A DNA stretch of 64,000 nucleotides, from positions 2,131 through 66,130 of the forward strand of contig NZ_JAYROR010000089.1 of NCBI RefSeq assembly GCF_041911615.1, written 5' to 3'. Below, one piece after another: positions 42,543 through 52,248 of the stretch. This DNA comes from Zoogloea sp. GTDB taxonomy: Bacteria; Pseudomonadota; Gammaproteobacteria; Burkholderiales; Rhodocyclaceae. The position numbers and the translations under genes are program-made. The stretch's first letter is position 1; each line of letters begins with the position of its first letter. Under the pieces are notes generated by a model. The model was not told the origin of the DNA. It did no database searches and worked only from the letters and a program-made list of their open reading frames with translations.

Positions 42543-44087
42543 ATGCTCGATGCCACCCTCAAGACCCAGTTGCAAGCCTACCTGACCCGGGTGACCCGTC
42601 CGGTCGAGATGGTTGCGTCCCTCGACGACAGCGCCAGCGCCCGCGAGATGCGCGAACTGCTGCAGGAGATCGCGAGCCTGTCGCCGCTGGTCAGCTTCGT
42701 CGAGCGCGAGGACGGCGCCGAGCGAAAGCCGTCGTTCCGGATCGCCCAGCCGGGGGCCGACACCGCGATCCGCTTTGCGGCGATCCCGCTCGGGCACGAA
42801 TTCACCTCGCTGGTGCTGGCCTTGCTGCAGGTCGGCGGCCACCCGCCGAAGGTGAGCGACGAAGTGCTCGAACAGATTCGCAACCTCGATGGCGAGTTCA
42901 ATTTCGTCACCTACATCTCGCTGTCGTGCCAGAACTGCCCCGAGGTAGTGCAGTCGCTCAACCTGATGGCGTTGATCAATCCGAAGATCCGCCACGAGAC
43001 GGTGGATGGCGCGCTGTTCCAGGACGAGGTCACGCGGCTGCAGATCATGGCGGTACCGACGGTGTTCCTGAACGGCCAGGCGTTCGGCCAGGGGCGGATG
43101 GAGCTGGAACAGATCCTCGCCAAGGTGGATTCCGGCTCCGACGCCCGCGCGGCTGCGAAGCTGGCGGCAAAGGACGCGTTCGACGTGCTGGTGGTGGGCG
43201 GTGGGCCGGCGGGTGCCGCGGCGGCGATCTACGCGGCGCGCAAGGGGATTCGCACCGGCGTGGTCACGGAGCGCTTCGGCGGTCAGGTGCTCGACACCCT
43301 GGCGATCGAGAACTTCATCTCGGTGAAGGAAACCGAGGGACCGCGTCTTGCCGCCGCGCTGGAAGAACACGTCCGCCAATACGACGTGGACATCATGAAC
43401 TTGCAGCGCGCCGAGGCCCTGGTGCCCGGCGAGCTGATCGAGGTGAAGCTGGCGAGCGGCGCCAGCCTGCGCTCGAAGACGGTGATCCTGTCCACCGGCG
43501 CGCGCTGGCGTGACATGAACGTGCCGGGCGAAACCGAGTACCGCACCAAGGGCGTGACCTACTGCCCGCACTGCGACGGCCCGCTCTTCAAGGGCAAGCC
43601 GGTGGCGGTGATCGGCGGCGGCAATTCGGGCGTCGAGGCGGCGATCGACCTGGCCGGCGTGGTCGATCACGTGACGCTGCTGGAGTTCGACAGCAAGCTG
43701 CGTGCGGATGCGGTGTTGGTGGCCAAGCTCGAGAGCCTGCCCAACGTGAAGATCATCGTGAATGCCCAGACCACCGAGGTGAAGGGTGACGGCCAGAAGG
43801 TGACCGGCCTCATCTACAAGGATCGGGTCTCCGGCGAGATGCACGCGCTCGCGCTCGCCGGCATCTTCGTGCAGATCGGCCTCCTGCCCAACACCGGCTG
43901 GCTGAAGGGTACGGTGGAGCTGTCGCCCCGTGGCGAGATCGTCGTCGATGCCCACGGTCGCACGTCGGTGCCCGGTGTGTTTGCGGCCGGCGATGTGACC
44001 ACGGTGCCGTTCAAGCAGATCATCATCGCGATGGGCGAGGGGGCGAAGGCGTCGCTGTCGGCCTTCGATCATCTGATCCGCAACTGA
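42543..44087 (+). CDS. ahpF: Alkyl hydroperoxide reductase subunit F
   Basis: SCQNCP, GGGPAG, CPHCDGP, GGGNSG, FAAGD. Confidence 0.98.
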   Translation: MLDATLKTQLQAYLTRVTRPVEMVASLDDSASAREMRELLQEIASLSPLVSFVEREDGAERKPSFRIAQPGADTAIRFAAIPLGHEFTSLVLALLQVGGHPPKVSDEVLEQIRNLDGEFNFVTYISLSCQNCPEVVQSLNLMALINPKIRHETVDGALFQDEVTRLQIMAVPTVFLNGQAFGQGRMELEQILAKVDSGSDARAAAKLAAKDAFDVLVVGGGPAGAAAAIYAARKGIRTGVVTERFGGQVLDTLAIENFISVKETEGPRLAAALEEHVRQYDVDIMNLQRAEALVPGELIEVKLASGASLRSKTVILSTGARWRDMNVPGETEYRTKGVTYCPHCDGPLFKGKPVAVIGGGNSGVEAAIDLAGVVDHVTLLEFDSKLRADAVLVAKLESLPNVKIIVNAQTTEVKGDGQKVTGLIYKDRVSGEMHALALAGIFVQIGLLPNTGWLKGTVELSPRGEIVVDAHGRTSVPGVFAAGDVTTVPFKQIIIAMGEGAKASLSAFDHLIRN

Positions 44088-44104
44088 TCCGGGTTTCCGT
44101 GCCC

Positions 44105-44135
44105 AAAAAAAACCGCCGGGTTTGCGCCCGGCGGT
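44105..44135 (-). terminator. Intrinsic terminator (hemF side)
   Basis: ACCGCCGGG-N6-CCCGGCGGT with A8 on the left, giving U8 on the minus strand. Confidence 0.8.
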
Positions 44136-44147
44136 CGTGCTTTTAGG

Positions 44148-45056
44148 TCAGGCCCAGTCCTTGTGGATCAGGAAGTCGGTGTAGAGCCGCGCTTCCGGGC
44201 TGCCGGCTTCCGGCTGCCAGTCGTAGCGCCATTTGACGATGGGCGGCATCGACATGAGGATGGATTCGGTGCGCCCGCCCGATTGCAGGCCGAACAGCGT
44301 GCCGCGGTCGAAGACCAGGTTGAACTCGACGTAGCGGCCGCGGCGATAGGCCTGGAAATCGCGTTCGCGATCAAAGTAGGGCGTGTCCCGGCGACGCTCG
44401 ACGATGGGCAGGTAGGCGGGCAAAAATGCGTCGCCGACGCTGCGGGTCAGCGCGAAGGCAGCGTCGAAATCCACCTTGCCGTCGGCGCCGTGGTCGTCGA
44501 AGAACAGGCCGCCAACGCCGCGGGGCTCGTTGCGGTGCTTGAGGAAGAAGTAGCGGTCGCACCAGTCCTTGAGGCGCTGGTATTCGGGTTCGCCCCAGGG
44601 CAGCACGGCGGCCTTGCAGGTGGCGTGGAAGTGGCGGACGTCTTCCTCGAAGGGGTAGTAGGGGGTGAGATCCATGCCGCCGCCGAACCACCAGACGTCG
44701 TCCTTGCCGGGCGCCGAGGCGATGAAGAAGCGCACGTTCATGTGCACGGTGGGGCAGTACGGGTTGCGTGGGTGGAGCACCAGCGAGACGCCCATCGCCT
44801 CGTAGCTGCGGCCGGCGAGCTCGGGCCGGGCGGCGGTGGCGGAGGGCGGCAGGCCTTCGCCCATCACATGGGAGAAGTTGCAGCCGCCGCGTTCGAAGAA
44901 ATTGCCTTCCTCGATCAGGCGGGTGAGGCCGCCGCCGCCGGCCGGGCGGGTCCAGCTGTCGGTGACGAAGGGCTTGCCGTCGAAGGCTTCGAGGGCGGCG
45001 ACGATGCGGGCCTGAAGGTCGAGAAGATAGGCTTTGACAGCGGCGCGGTCAGGCAT
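44148..45056 (-). CDS. hemF: Oxygen-dependent coproporphyrinogen III oxidase
   Basis: [68 protein letters not shown]. Confidence 0.98.
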   Translation of the reverse strand: MPDRAAVKAYLLDLQARIVAALEAFDGKPFVTDSWTRPAGGGGLTRLIEEGNFFERGGCNFSHVMGEGLPPSATAARPELAGRSYEAMGVSLVLHPRNPYCPTVHMNVRFFIASAPGKDDVWWFGGGMDLTPYYPFEEDVRHFHATCKAAVLPWGEPEYQRLKDWCDRYFFLKHRNEPRGVGGLFFDDHGADGKVDFDAAFALTRSVGDAFLPAYLPIVERRRDTPYFDRERDFQAYRRGRYVEFNLVFDRGTLFGLQSGGRTESILMSMPPIVKWRYDWQPEAGSPEARLYTDFLIHKDWA

Positions 45057-45105
45057 GGGGTGGGCTCCGGGGATGGAAAAAACCGGCCAGCGGCCGGCGG
45101 ATGAA

Positions 45106-45471
45106 TCAGGCGCCGGGAATGAGGCGCTTCGAGTAGGTGTCGCGATCCATGTCGCGGGCTTCGGAGGTGATCTGCACCACCTGGGGGCCGGGTGCGACGA
45201 GGGGCGCGATGGCCTCCACAAGAGCGGCGGTGAGGCGCTGCTTGGTGGCGCTGTCACGGCCGGACAGCAGCGCCAGGCCGGCGTGGATGAAGCCGTGGTC
45301 GGCGCCGCTGCCGACCCGGAAGTGCTCGACCGGGAACAGCCGCGCCTTGATGGCGTCGGCCGGGGCGAACACGCCGCTTGCCACCAGCGCATCGGTGGTG
45401 GCCGTCAGCACCGCGGCCGGATCGAACCGGCCGGCGATGTTGGTGCTGTACTCGATGCGCAGGTGGGGCAT
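45106..45471 (-). CDS. 5-carboxymethyl-2-hydroxymuconate isomerase-like tautomerase
   Basis: N-terminal MPHLRIEYS (catalytic Pro1), [16 protein letters not shown]. Confidence 0.82.
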   Translation of the reverse strand: MPHLRIEYSTNIAGRFDPAAVLTATTDALVASGVFAPADAIKARLFPVEHFRVGSGADHGFIHAGLALLSGRDSATKQRLTAALVEAIAPLVAPGPQVVQITSEARDMDRDTYSKRLIPGA

Positions 45472-45474
45472 GGT

Positions 45475-46764
45475 TCAGCCTTTGCGACCGACGGCGCGGT
45501 AGCCGATGTCGCGGCGGCACTGCATGCCGTCGAAGTGGATCTGGTCGAGCTGCTCGTAGGCACGCTTCTGGGCGCTCTTCACGTTGTCACCCAGCGCGGT
45601 GACGCACAGCACGCGGCCACCGTTGGTGACCACCTGACCGTCCGCCTCGGTGGTGCCAGCGTGGAAGACATGCACGTCTTCCGTTGCGGTGCCGGGTAGA
45701 CCGTGGATCGCGTCGCCCTTGCGGGGGCTGTCCGGGTAGCCGGCGGCGGCCATCACCACGCCGAGGGCGAAGCGGCGGTCCCATTCGGCTTCGATCTTGT
45801 CGAGCTTGCCGGCGATGGCGGCTTCGACGAGATCGACCAGATCGGTCTTGAGCCGCATCATGATCGGCTGGGTTTCCGGGTCGCCCATGCGGCAGTTGAA
45901 CTCGACGACGCGGGGCGCGCCCTTGGCGTCGATCATCAGGCCGGCGTACAGGAAGCCGGTGTAGGGCAGCCCTTCGGCGGCCATGCCGGCGAGGGTCGGC
46001 ATGATGATCTCGCGCATGGCGCGGGCGTGGACTTCGGGGGTGACCACCGGGGCGGGCGAGTAGGCGCCCATGCCGCCGGTGTTGGGGCCCTGGTCGGCAT
46101 CCTTGAGGCGCTTGTGATCCTGGGAGGTGGCCAGCGGCAGAGCGTGGCGGCCGTCGGCCATCACGATGAAGCTGGCTTCCTCGCCGTCCATGAACTCCTC
46201 GATCACCACCCGCGGGCCGCGCTCGTCGTACTGCACGCCCAGGGTGTTGTGGGTGAGCATGGCGTCGATGGCGGCGTGGGCTTCGTCCGTGGTCATCGCG
46301 ACCACCACACCCTTGCCGGCGGCGAGGCCATCGGCCTTGATGACGATCGGCGCCCCTTCGGCGTCCACGTAGGCGTGGGCGGCGGCGGAGTCGGAGAAGG
46401 TCTGGTACTTGGCCGTCGGAATCTTGTGGCGGATCAGGAACTGCTTGGCAAAATCCTTGGAGCTCTCGAGCTGGGCGGCGAGCTTGGTCGGCCCGAAGAT
46501 CGGCAGCCCGGCGGCACGGAAGGCATCCACCACGCCGGCGGCCAGCGGTGCTTCGGGGCCGACGACGGTGAGGGCGATCTGCTCGCGGCGGGCGAGTTCG
46601 ATGAGCTCGGGGATCGCGGTGACGGCGACGTTCTCGATGCCGGGCTCACGGGCGGTGCCCGGGTTGCCCGGGGCAACCAGCACCTTCTGCACGCGCGGCG
46701 AACGGGAGAGCTTCCAGGCCAGCGCGTGTTCGCGTCCGCCGGAGCCGATGACGAGGATCTTCAT
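45475..46764 (-). CDS. purD: Phosphoribosylamine-glycine ligase
   Basis: GSGGREHA, VVGPE, KADGLAAGKGV, QDHKR, GPNTGGMG, EFNCRMGDPE. Confidence 0.98.
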   Translation of the reverse strand: MKILVIGSGGREHALAWKLSRSPRVQKVLVAPGNPGTAREPGIENVAVTAIPELIELARREQIALTVVGPEAPLAAGVVDAFRAAGLPIFGPTKLAAQLESSKDFAKQFLIRHKIPTAKYQTFSDSAAAHAYVDAEGAPIVIKADGLAAGKGVVVAMTTDEAHAAIDAMLTHNTLGVQYDERGPRVVIEEFMDGEEASFIVMADGRHALPLATSQDHKRLKDADQGPNTGGMGAYSPAPVVTPEVHARAMREIIMPTLAGMAAEGLPYTGFLYAGLMIDAKGAPRVVEFNCRMGDPETQPIMMRLKTDLVDLVEAAIAGKLDKIEAEWDRRFALGVVMAAAGYPDSPRKGDAIHGLPGTATEDVHVFHAGTTEADGQVVTNGGRVLCVTALGDNVKSAQKRAYEQLDQIHFDGMQCRRDIGYRAVGRKG

Positions 46765-46777
46765 GGGGGTGCCCGGA

Positions 46778-48346
46778 TCAGTGACGGAAGTGGCGGAAGC
46801 CGGTGAGGACCATCGCGATGCCCTGCTCGTCGGCCGCGGCGATCACCTCGGCGTCGCGCATCGAGCCACCCGGCTGGATGACGGCGGTGGCGCCGGCCTG
46901 GGCCAGCACGTCGAGGCCGTCACGGAACGGGAAGAAGGCGTCGGACGCCACCACGCAGCCGGGGATCACGAGACCGGCGTTCTCGGCCTTGATCTTGGCG
47001 ATGCGGGCGGAATCGACACGGCTCATCTGGCCGGCGCCGACGCCGATGGTCATGCCGTCCTTGCAGTAGACGATGGCGTTTGACTTGACGTACTTGGCCA
47101 CGCGCCAGGCGAACAGCAGGTCGCCGAGCTCTTGTTCGGTGGGCGCGCGCTTGGTGACGACCTTCAGATCGGCCGCGGTGATCGGGGCGAAGTCGGCGCT
47201 CTGCACCAAGAGGCCGCCGCCGACGCGCTTGTAATCGGGCTGGCGGACGGTGCCCAGCGGATTGACCAGCACGCGGACGTTCTGCTTGGCCTTGAGGAGC
47301 TCGAGGGCTTCGTCGGTGTAGGCGGGGGCGATCAGCACTTCGAGGAACTGGGCGCTGACGGCTTCGGCCGCGGCGCGGTCGACGGTGGTGTTGAAGGCGA
47401 TGATGCCGCCGAAGGCCGAGGTCGGGTCGGTGGAGAAGGCCTTCTTGTAGGCTTCCAGCGGGCTGGCGGCAACGGCCACGCCACACGGGTTGGCGTGCTT
47501 GACGATGACGCAGGCAACGCCGTCGAAGGCCTTGACGCATTCCCAGGCGGCGTCGGAGTCGGCGATGTTGTTGTACGACAGCTCCTTGCCCTGCAGCTGG
47601 GTGTAGGCAGCGATGCTGCCGGCCTGGGGCTGGGATTCGCGGTAGAAGGCGGCGGTCTGGTGGGGGTTCTCGCCGTAGCGGAGGTCCTGCACCTTGTCGA
47701 AGGCGAGCTGGAAGCGTTCCGGGTAGGCCTGCTTGCTGCCGTCGTCGGCGAGGGCGGTGAGGTGGTTGGAGATCGCCGAGTCGTAGCGGGCGGTGTGGGT
47801 GAAGGCCTTGCGGGCGAGGTCGAAGCGGGTCTTGTAGGACAGGGCGCCGTTGCCCGTCTTGAGCTCGGCGACAATCGCAGCGTAGTCGGCCGGATCGGTC
47901 ACGATGCCGACGCCGCCGGCTTCGTTGCCGTGGTTCTTGGCCGCGGCGCGGACCATGGTCGGGCCGCCGATGTCGATGTTCTCGATGGCGTCTTCAAGCG
48001 TGCATTCGGGCTTGGCGACGGTGGCCTGGAAGGGGTAGAGGTTGACCACCACGAGGTCGATGCGCGGGATCTGGTGCTCGTCGAGCTTGGCCAGGTGCTC
48101 CGGCAGGTCGCGACGGGCGAGGATGCCGCCATGGACCTTGGGGTGCAGCGTCTTCACGCGGCCGTCGAGCATCTCGGGGAAGCCGGTGTAGTCGGACACG
48201 TCGGTGACCGGCAGGCCCGCGTCACGCAGGGACTTGGCGGTGCCGCCGGTGGACAGCAGGGCGATGCCGAGGGCGGACAGTTCACGGGCGAATTCGACGA
48301 CGCCGGTCTTGTCGGAGACGCTGAGCAGGGCTTGGGTGACTTTCAT
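46778..48346 (-). CDS. purH: Bifunctional AICAR transformylase/IMP cyclohydrolase
   Basis: [39 protein letters not shown]. Confidence 0.98.
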   Translation of the reverse strand: MKVTQALLSVSDKTGVVEFARELSALGIALLSTGGTAKSLRDAGLPVTDVSDYTGFPEMLDGRVKTLHPKVHGGILARRDLPEHLAKLDEHQIPRIDLVVVNLYPFQATVAKPECTLEDAIENIDIGGPTMVRAAAKNHGNEAGGVGIVTDPADYAAIVAELKTGNGALSYKTRFDLARKAFTHTARYDSAISNHLTALADDGSKQAYPERFQLAFDKVQDLRYGENPHQTAAFYRESQPQAGSIAAYTQLQGKELSYNNIADSDAAWECVKAFDGVACVIVKHANPCGVAVAASPLEAYKKAFSTDPTSAFGGIIAFNTTVDRAAAEAVSAQFLEVLIAPAYTDEALELLKAKQNVRVLVNPLGTVRQPDYKRVGGGLLVQSADFAPITAADLKVVTKRAPTEQELGDLLFAWRVAKYVKSNAIVYCKDGMTIGVGAGQMSRVDSARIAKIKAENAGLVIPGCVVASDAFFPFRDGLDVLAQAGATAVIQPGGSMRDAEVIAAADEQGIAMVLTGFRHFRH

Positions 48347-48395
48347 GGGTATCTCGAAAAGGCCGCCGGGGCGGCGCGAAAAACGGAAATCGGTA

Positions 48396-48635
48396 TTACA
48401 GGAGTTCGTGCTCGGAGAGCTTGCGGCGCAGGGTGTTGCGGTTGATGCCGAGCATCTCGGCGCACAGCGTCTGGTTGCCGCCGGCCTGCTTGAGGACGAA
48501 CTCGAGCATCGGACGCTCGACGTTCTTGATCACCATCGCGTACAGGGCGTTGGGCTTTTCGCCGTCGAGGTCGCGGAAATAGGTGTCCAGCGCGCGACAG
48601 ACAGAGTCGGCGATGTCATTGCTGGTGCTGCTCAT
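48396..48635 (-). CDS. fis: Fis-like DNA-binding protein
   Basis: VERPML-x7-GNQ-x2[15 protein letters not shown]; dusB-fis-purH order. Confidence 0.93.
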   Translation of the reverse strand: MSSTSNDIADSVCRALDTYFRDLDGEKPNALYAMVIKNVERPMLEFVLKQAGGNQTLCAEMLGINRNTLRRKLSEHELL

Positions 48636-49660
48636 GCTGCAAGCTCCTGGGGGAATTCTTCGGGGTCGGTGTAGACCAGTCGGCTGTCTCTGTCGGCGAG
48701 CCGGCCGAAGAACTCGTCAATGGCGGCAATTTGTTCTTGTACGGTGGGCAGGGTGTTCATGACGTGGCGGAACTGTGCCGACCCGACCAGACCCTTGGTG
48801 TACCAGCTGATGTGCTTGCGGGCGATCTTGACGCCGGTATCCTCACCGTAGAAGGCGTAGAGGTCGGCGAGGTGCTCCTTGCACACCTGCAGGATCTCGG
48901 AAACCAGCGGCGGCGGAAGCTGCTCGCCGGTGGCGAGGAAATGCTCGATCTCGCGGAAGATCCACGGGCGGCCCTGGGCCGCGCGGCCGATCATCACACC
49001 GTCGGCGCCGGTGTAGTCCAGCACGAACTTGGCCTTTTGCGGCGTGGTGATGTCACCGTTGGCGATCAGCGGGATGCGCACCCGGGTCTTCACGTCGGCG
49101 ATGGTGTCGTACTCGGCGTCGCCGGTGTACTGGCAGGCGCGGGTGCGGCCGTGGATGGCGATCAGCTGGATGCCGGACTCTTCGGCGATCCGCGCGACGG
49201 TGGCGGCGTTCTTGTTGGCCTTGTTCCAGCCGGTGCGGAACTTGAGGGTGACCGGGGTGTTGCCGGCAGCGCCGACGACGGCCTCGAGGATGCGCGCGAC
49301 CAGCGGCTCGTCCTGCATCAGCGCGGAGCCAGCCATCACGTTGCAGACCTTCTTGGCCGGGCAGCCCATGTTGATGTCGATGATCTGGGCGCCGCGGTCG
49401 ATGTTGTGGCGGGCGGCCTCGGCCATCATGGCCGGGTCGGCGCCGGCGATCTGCACGGAGATCGGATCGGCCTCGCCGTCGTGGTTGGCACGGCGCTGGG
49501 TCTTGGTGCTGCCGTACAGCAGGGAGTTGGACGTGACCATCTCGGACACGGCGAGTCCGGCCCCCATCTTCTTGCACAGCTGGCGGAAAGGGCGGTCCGT
49601 CACACCGGCCATGGGCGCAACGAACAGGTTGTTTCGCAAGGTGAATCCGGCGAATTGCAT
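48632..49660 (-). CDS. dusB: tRNA-dihydrouridine synthase B
   Basis: APMAGVTD, IDINMGCPAKKV, IHGRT, ANGDI, MIGRAAQGRPW. Confidence 0.96.
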   Translation of the reverse strand: MQFAGFTLRNNLFVAPMAGVTDRPFRQLCKKMGAGLAVSEMVTSNSLLYGSTKTQRRANHDGEADPISVQIAGADPAMMAEAARHNIDRGAQIIDINMGCPAKKVCNVMAGSALMQDEPLVARILEAVVGAAGNTPVTLKFRTGWNKANKNAATVARIAEESGIQLIAIHGRTRACQYTGDAEYDTIADVKTRVRIPLIANGDITTPQKAKFVLDYTGADGVMIGRAAQGRPWIFREIEHFLATGEQLPPPLVSEILQVCKEHLADLYAFYGEDTGVKIARKHISWYTKGLVGSAQFRHVMNTLPTVQEQIAAIDEFFGRLADRDSRLVYTDPEEFPQELAA

Positions 49661-49758
49661 CGGGGGAGGGCGCGACTTGGAAAACATAGCATTCTACCCG
49701 AAGGGGCGTTCGGCGGGCAGGGGCTGTGACGTCGCTAGGCGGGGCGCGGGGGCGCCGT

Positions 49759-50451
49759 TCAGGGCACTTCGGCGTACTGCATGCGGCCCTGGATGCGTGC
49801 CGCGTGGGCGGCGAGGCGTGGGCCGAAGCTCTTCTCGTACTTGCGCGGGTTGGGCAGCATCACCGCCATCCGGGCGGCCTGGGCGGGGGCCAGCTGGGCA
49901 GCGGGAATGCGGTAGTAGCGCTGGGCGGCGGCCTCGCAGCCGAAGATGCCGTTGCCCCATTCGACCACGTTGAGGTAGACCTCGAGGATGCGTCGCTTGT
50001 CCCACAGGGCTTCGATCATCACGGTGATGAGGGCTTCCTCGGCCTTGCGGAAGTAGCTGCGGGTCGGGGTGAGGAAGAGGTTCTTGGCGAGCTGCTGGCT
50101 GATCGTCGATCCACCCGCGACGGGTTTGCCCTTTTTCTGGTTTTTCTCGATGGCTTTCTGGATGCCGTCCCAGTCGAAGCCCTCGTGGTCCACGAACTTG
50201 TCGTCCTCGGCGGCGATGACGGCGCGCTTGAGGTGGATCGAGATGTTCTCGTAGGGCACCCAGCGGTAGTGAAGCTCGGCGTCGGGTTTGTCGGCGCTGA
50301 GCTCGTCGAGGCGCAGGCTCATGAAACTGGTGGCGGCCGGCGGGTTCCACTTCCACCACAGCACGTGGCCGAGCAGCCACACCTGGTAGCCGATGAACAG
50401 CAGGACCAGGGCGAGGAGGGCGCGGCGCGTCCAGCGCCAGAGGTGGAGCAT
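49759..50451 (-). CDS. mtgA: Monofunctional peptidoglycan transglycosylase
   Basis: AAEDDKFVDHEGFD, GGSTISQQLAKNLFL, RKAEEA, YLNVVEWG. Confidence 0.95.
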   Translation of the reverse strand: MLHLWRWTRRALLALVLLFIGYQVWLLGHVLWWKWNPPAATSFMSLRLDELSADKPDAELHYRWVPYENISIHLKRAVIAAEDDKFVDHEGFDWDGIQKAIEKNQKKGKPVAGGSTISQQLAKNLFLTPTRSYFRKAEEALITVMIEALWDKRRILEVYLNVVEWGNGIFGCEAAAQRYYRIPAAQLAPAQAARMAVMLPNPRKYEKSFGPRLAAHAARIQGRMQYAEVP

Positions 50452-50462
50452 CGCCGCCCGGC

Positions 50463-51284
50463 TCAGAGGTCGGCGCGGAGTGCGGTGAGCACCGGCGCCG
50501 TGTCTGGGCGAACCCCGCGCCACAGGGCGAAGCTCTCGGCGGCCTGTTCGACGAGCATCCCGAGGCCGTCGGCGAGGCGCGCGGCGCCTTGGGCGCGGGC
50601 CGCAGCGAGAAAGGGTGTGTCACCCTTGCCGTACATCATGTCGTAGGCGAGGCTGCCCGGGGCGTAGAGGCCCGGCGGCAGATCGGGGGCGGCGTCGGCG
50701 AGGCTGGCGCTGGTGGCGTTGATGACCACGTCGAAGCGGCGGCCGGCGAGCGCCGCGAAGCCGCAGCCGGTGGGCGCCAGGCGGCCTGGGGTGGCAAAGG
50801 CGGCGGCCAGGTCGACGGCTTTTGCGGCGGTACGATTGGCGACGACGAGCTCGGCCGGTGCGGCGTCCAGCAGCGGCAGGACGGTGCCGCGGGCGGCGCC
50901 GCCGGCGCCGAGCAGCAGCACCCGTTTGCCGGCGATCGGGCAGCCGAGGTTGACGGTGATGTCGCGCAGGATGCCGGCACCGTCGGTGTTGTCGCCGAGG
51001 ATGCCGTCGGCGCCGAAAGCGAGGGTGTTCACCGCGCCCGCGGCCTCGGCGCGCGGCGTGCGCCGGTCGGCCAGGGCGAAGGCTTCGAGCTTGAACGGGA
51101 CGGTGACGTTGAGGCCGCGGCCGCCCCCGTCGCGGAAGTCGAGGGCCGTCGCGACGAAACCGTCGAGGGGCGCCCGCAGGGCGTCGTAGCGGAGCTGCTG
51201 GCCGGTCTGGGCGGCGAAGGCGGCGTGGATGCGCGGCGATTTGCTGTGGCCGATCGGATTGCCGATCACGGCGTAACGGTCCAT
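50463..51284 (-). CDS. aroE: Shikimate dehydrogenase
   Basis: GNPIGHSKSP, NVTVPFK, AVNTL, DNTDG, GAGGAAR, GMLVEQAA. Confidence 0.96.
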   Translation of the reverse strand: MDRYAVIGNPIGHSKSPRIHAAFAAQTGQQLRYDALRAPLDGFVATALDFRDGGGRGLNVTVPFKLEAFALADRRTPRAEAAGAVNTLAFGADGILGDNTDGAGILRDITVNLGCPIAGKRVLLLGAGGAARGTVLPLLDAAPAELVVANRTAAKAVDLAAAFATPGRLAPTGCGFAALAGRRFDVVINATSASLADAAPDLPPGLYAPGSLAYDMMYGKGDTPFLAAARAQGAARLADGLGMLVEQAAESFALWRGVRPDTAPVLTALRADL

Positions 51285-51291
51285 GGTCGGG

Positions 51292-52242
51292 TTACTCCCG
51301 CTTTGCCGAGGTGCGCAGCATGTCGGCGTTGGTGAAGGTCCAGGTACGGATGATTTCGATCTCGTCGGTGTCCTTGCGGATGTCCGGCGGGAAGGCGGCG
51401 TAGGGGGCGGCGAGCTCGACGATGCGACGGGCCGCGTCGTCGAGCACCTTGTAGCCCGACGAGCGCTGGATCTCGACGTTCCTGACACTGCCGTCGGCGC
51501 GGATGGTCACCGACAGCAGCAGGCTGCCGTAGAGCTTGCCGCGGGCGGCGTCGGGGTAGTTGAGGGTGCCGACGCGCTCGATCTTCTGGCGCCAGTCCTC
51601 GGCGTATTGGGCGAAGCGGTATTCCTGGGCGCGGGCGCCGACGAACTTGCGGCGCGGGCGGGCCGCGTATTCCATCAGATCCTTGTCGATCTGCGCCTCG
51701 ATGCGGGCCACTGCCGCCGAGCTGTCGAGGAGGTCGTAGCCGCTGACCGGCCGCGGCGCCTCGGTGGGACTCACCTGCTGGGGATCGACCGCGAGCGCCG
51801 TCTTGCCCTTCGGGGCGGTCATGGCCTGCATCTGGGCGGCCTGTTCGGGTTCGCTGCGACGTTGGGCCTCGACGAGGTTGTCGCCCTGGCGGGTCTGCTC
51901 CTGGGGAGGCAGCGGTGTGGACGGGCGGGCCTTGGCGTCGTTGGTGCCGCCGGCGTCGAGGTTGGTCTGGGCGAGGATGTCGGCGGCATCGGGTCGCTGG
52001 GCGTGACGGGAGTTCACCAGCACGACTTCCAGGCCCTTGTCGTTGCGCTTGAACTTGGCCGGATCGGGCATCACGAAATGCACCGAGAGCAGGATGGCGT
52101 GCGCCAGCAGCGAGAGTCCGACGCCCCATTCGAGCGCGTAGCGGGCCGAGCGGCCGGTGAAAACCGGCCACGGGGCGCCGCCGCCGGCCGAGAGGGCTGG
52201 CGGCGCGGGCTGGACGGGAGGACGTTGAAGCGGCTGCTGCAT
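51292..52242 (-). CDS. TonB C-terminal domain protein
   Basis: TM SLLAHAILL, C-terminal NYP-x2-ARGKLYG...SSG-x2-LDDAA TonB_C pattern. Confidence 0.85.
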   Translation of the reverse strand: MQQPLQRPPVQPAPPALSAGGGAPWPVFTGRSARYALEWGVGLSLLAHAILLSVHFVMPDPAKFKRNDKGLEVVLVNSRHAQRPDAADILAQTNLDAGGTNDAKARPSTPLPPQEQTRQGDNLVEAQRRSEPEQAAQMQAMTAPKGKTALAVDPQQVSPTEAPRPVSGYDLLDSSAAVARIEAQIDKDLMEYAARPRRKFVGARAQEYRFAQYAEDWRQKIERVGTLNYPDAARGKLYGSLLLSVTIRADGSVRNVEIQRSSGYKVLDDAARRIVELAAPYAAFPPDIRKDTDEIEIIRTWTFTNADMLRTSAKRE

Positions 52243-52248
52243 TGCGGA

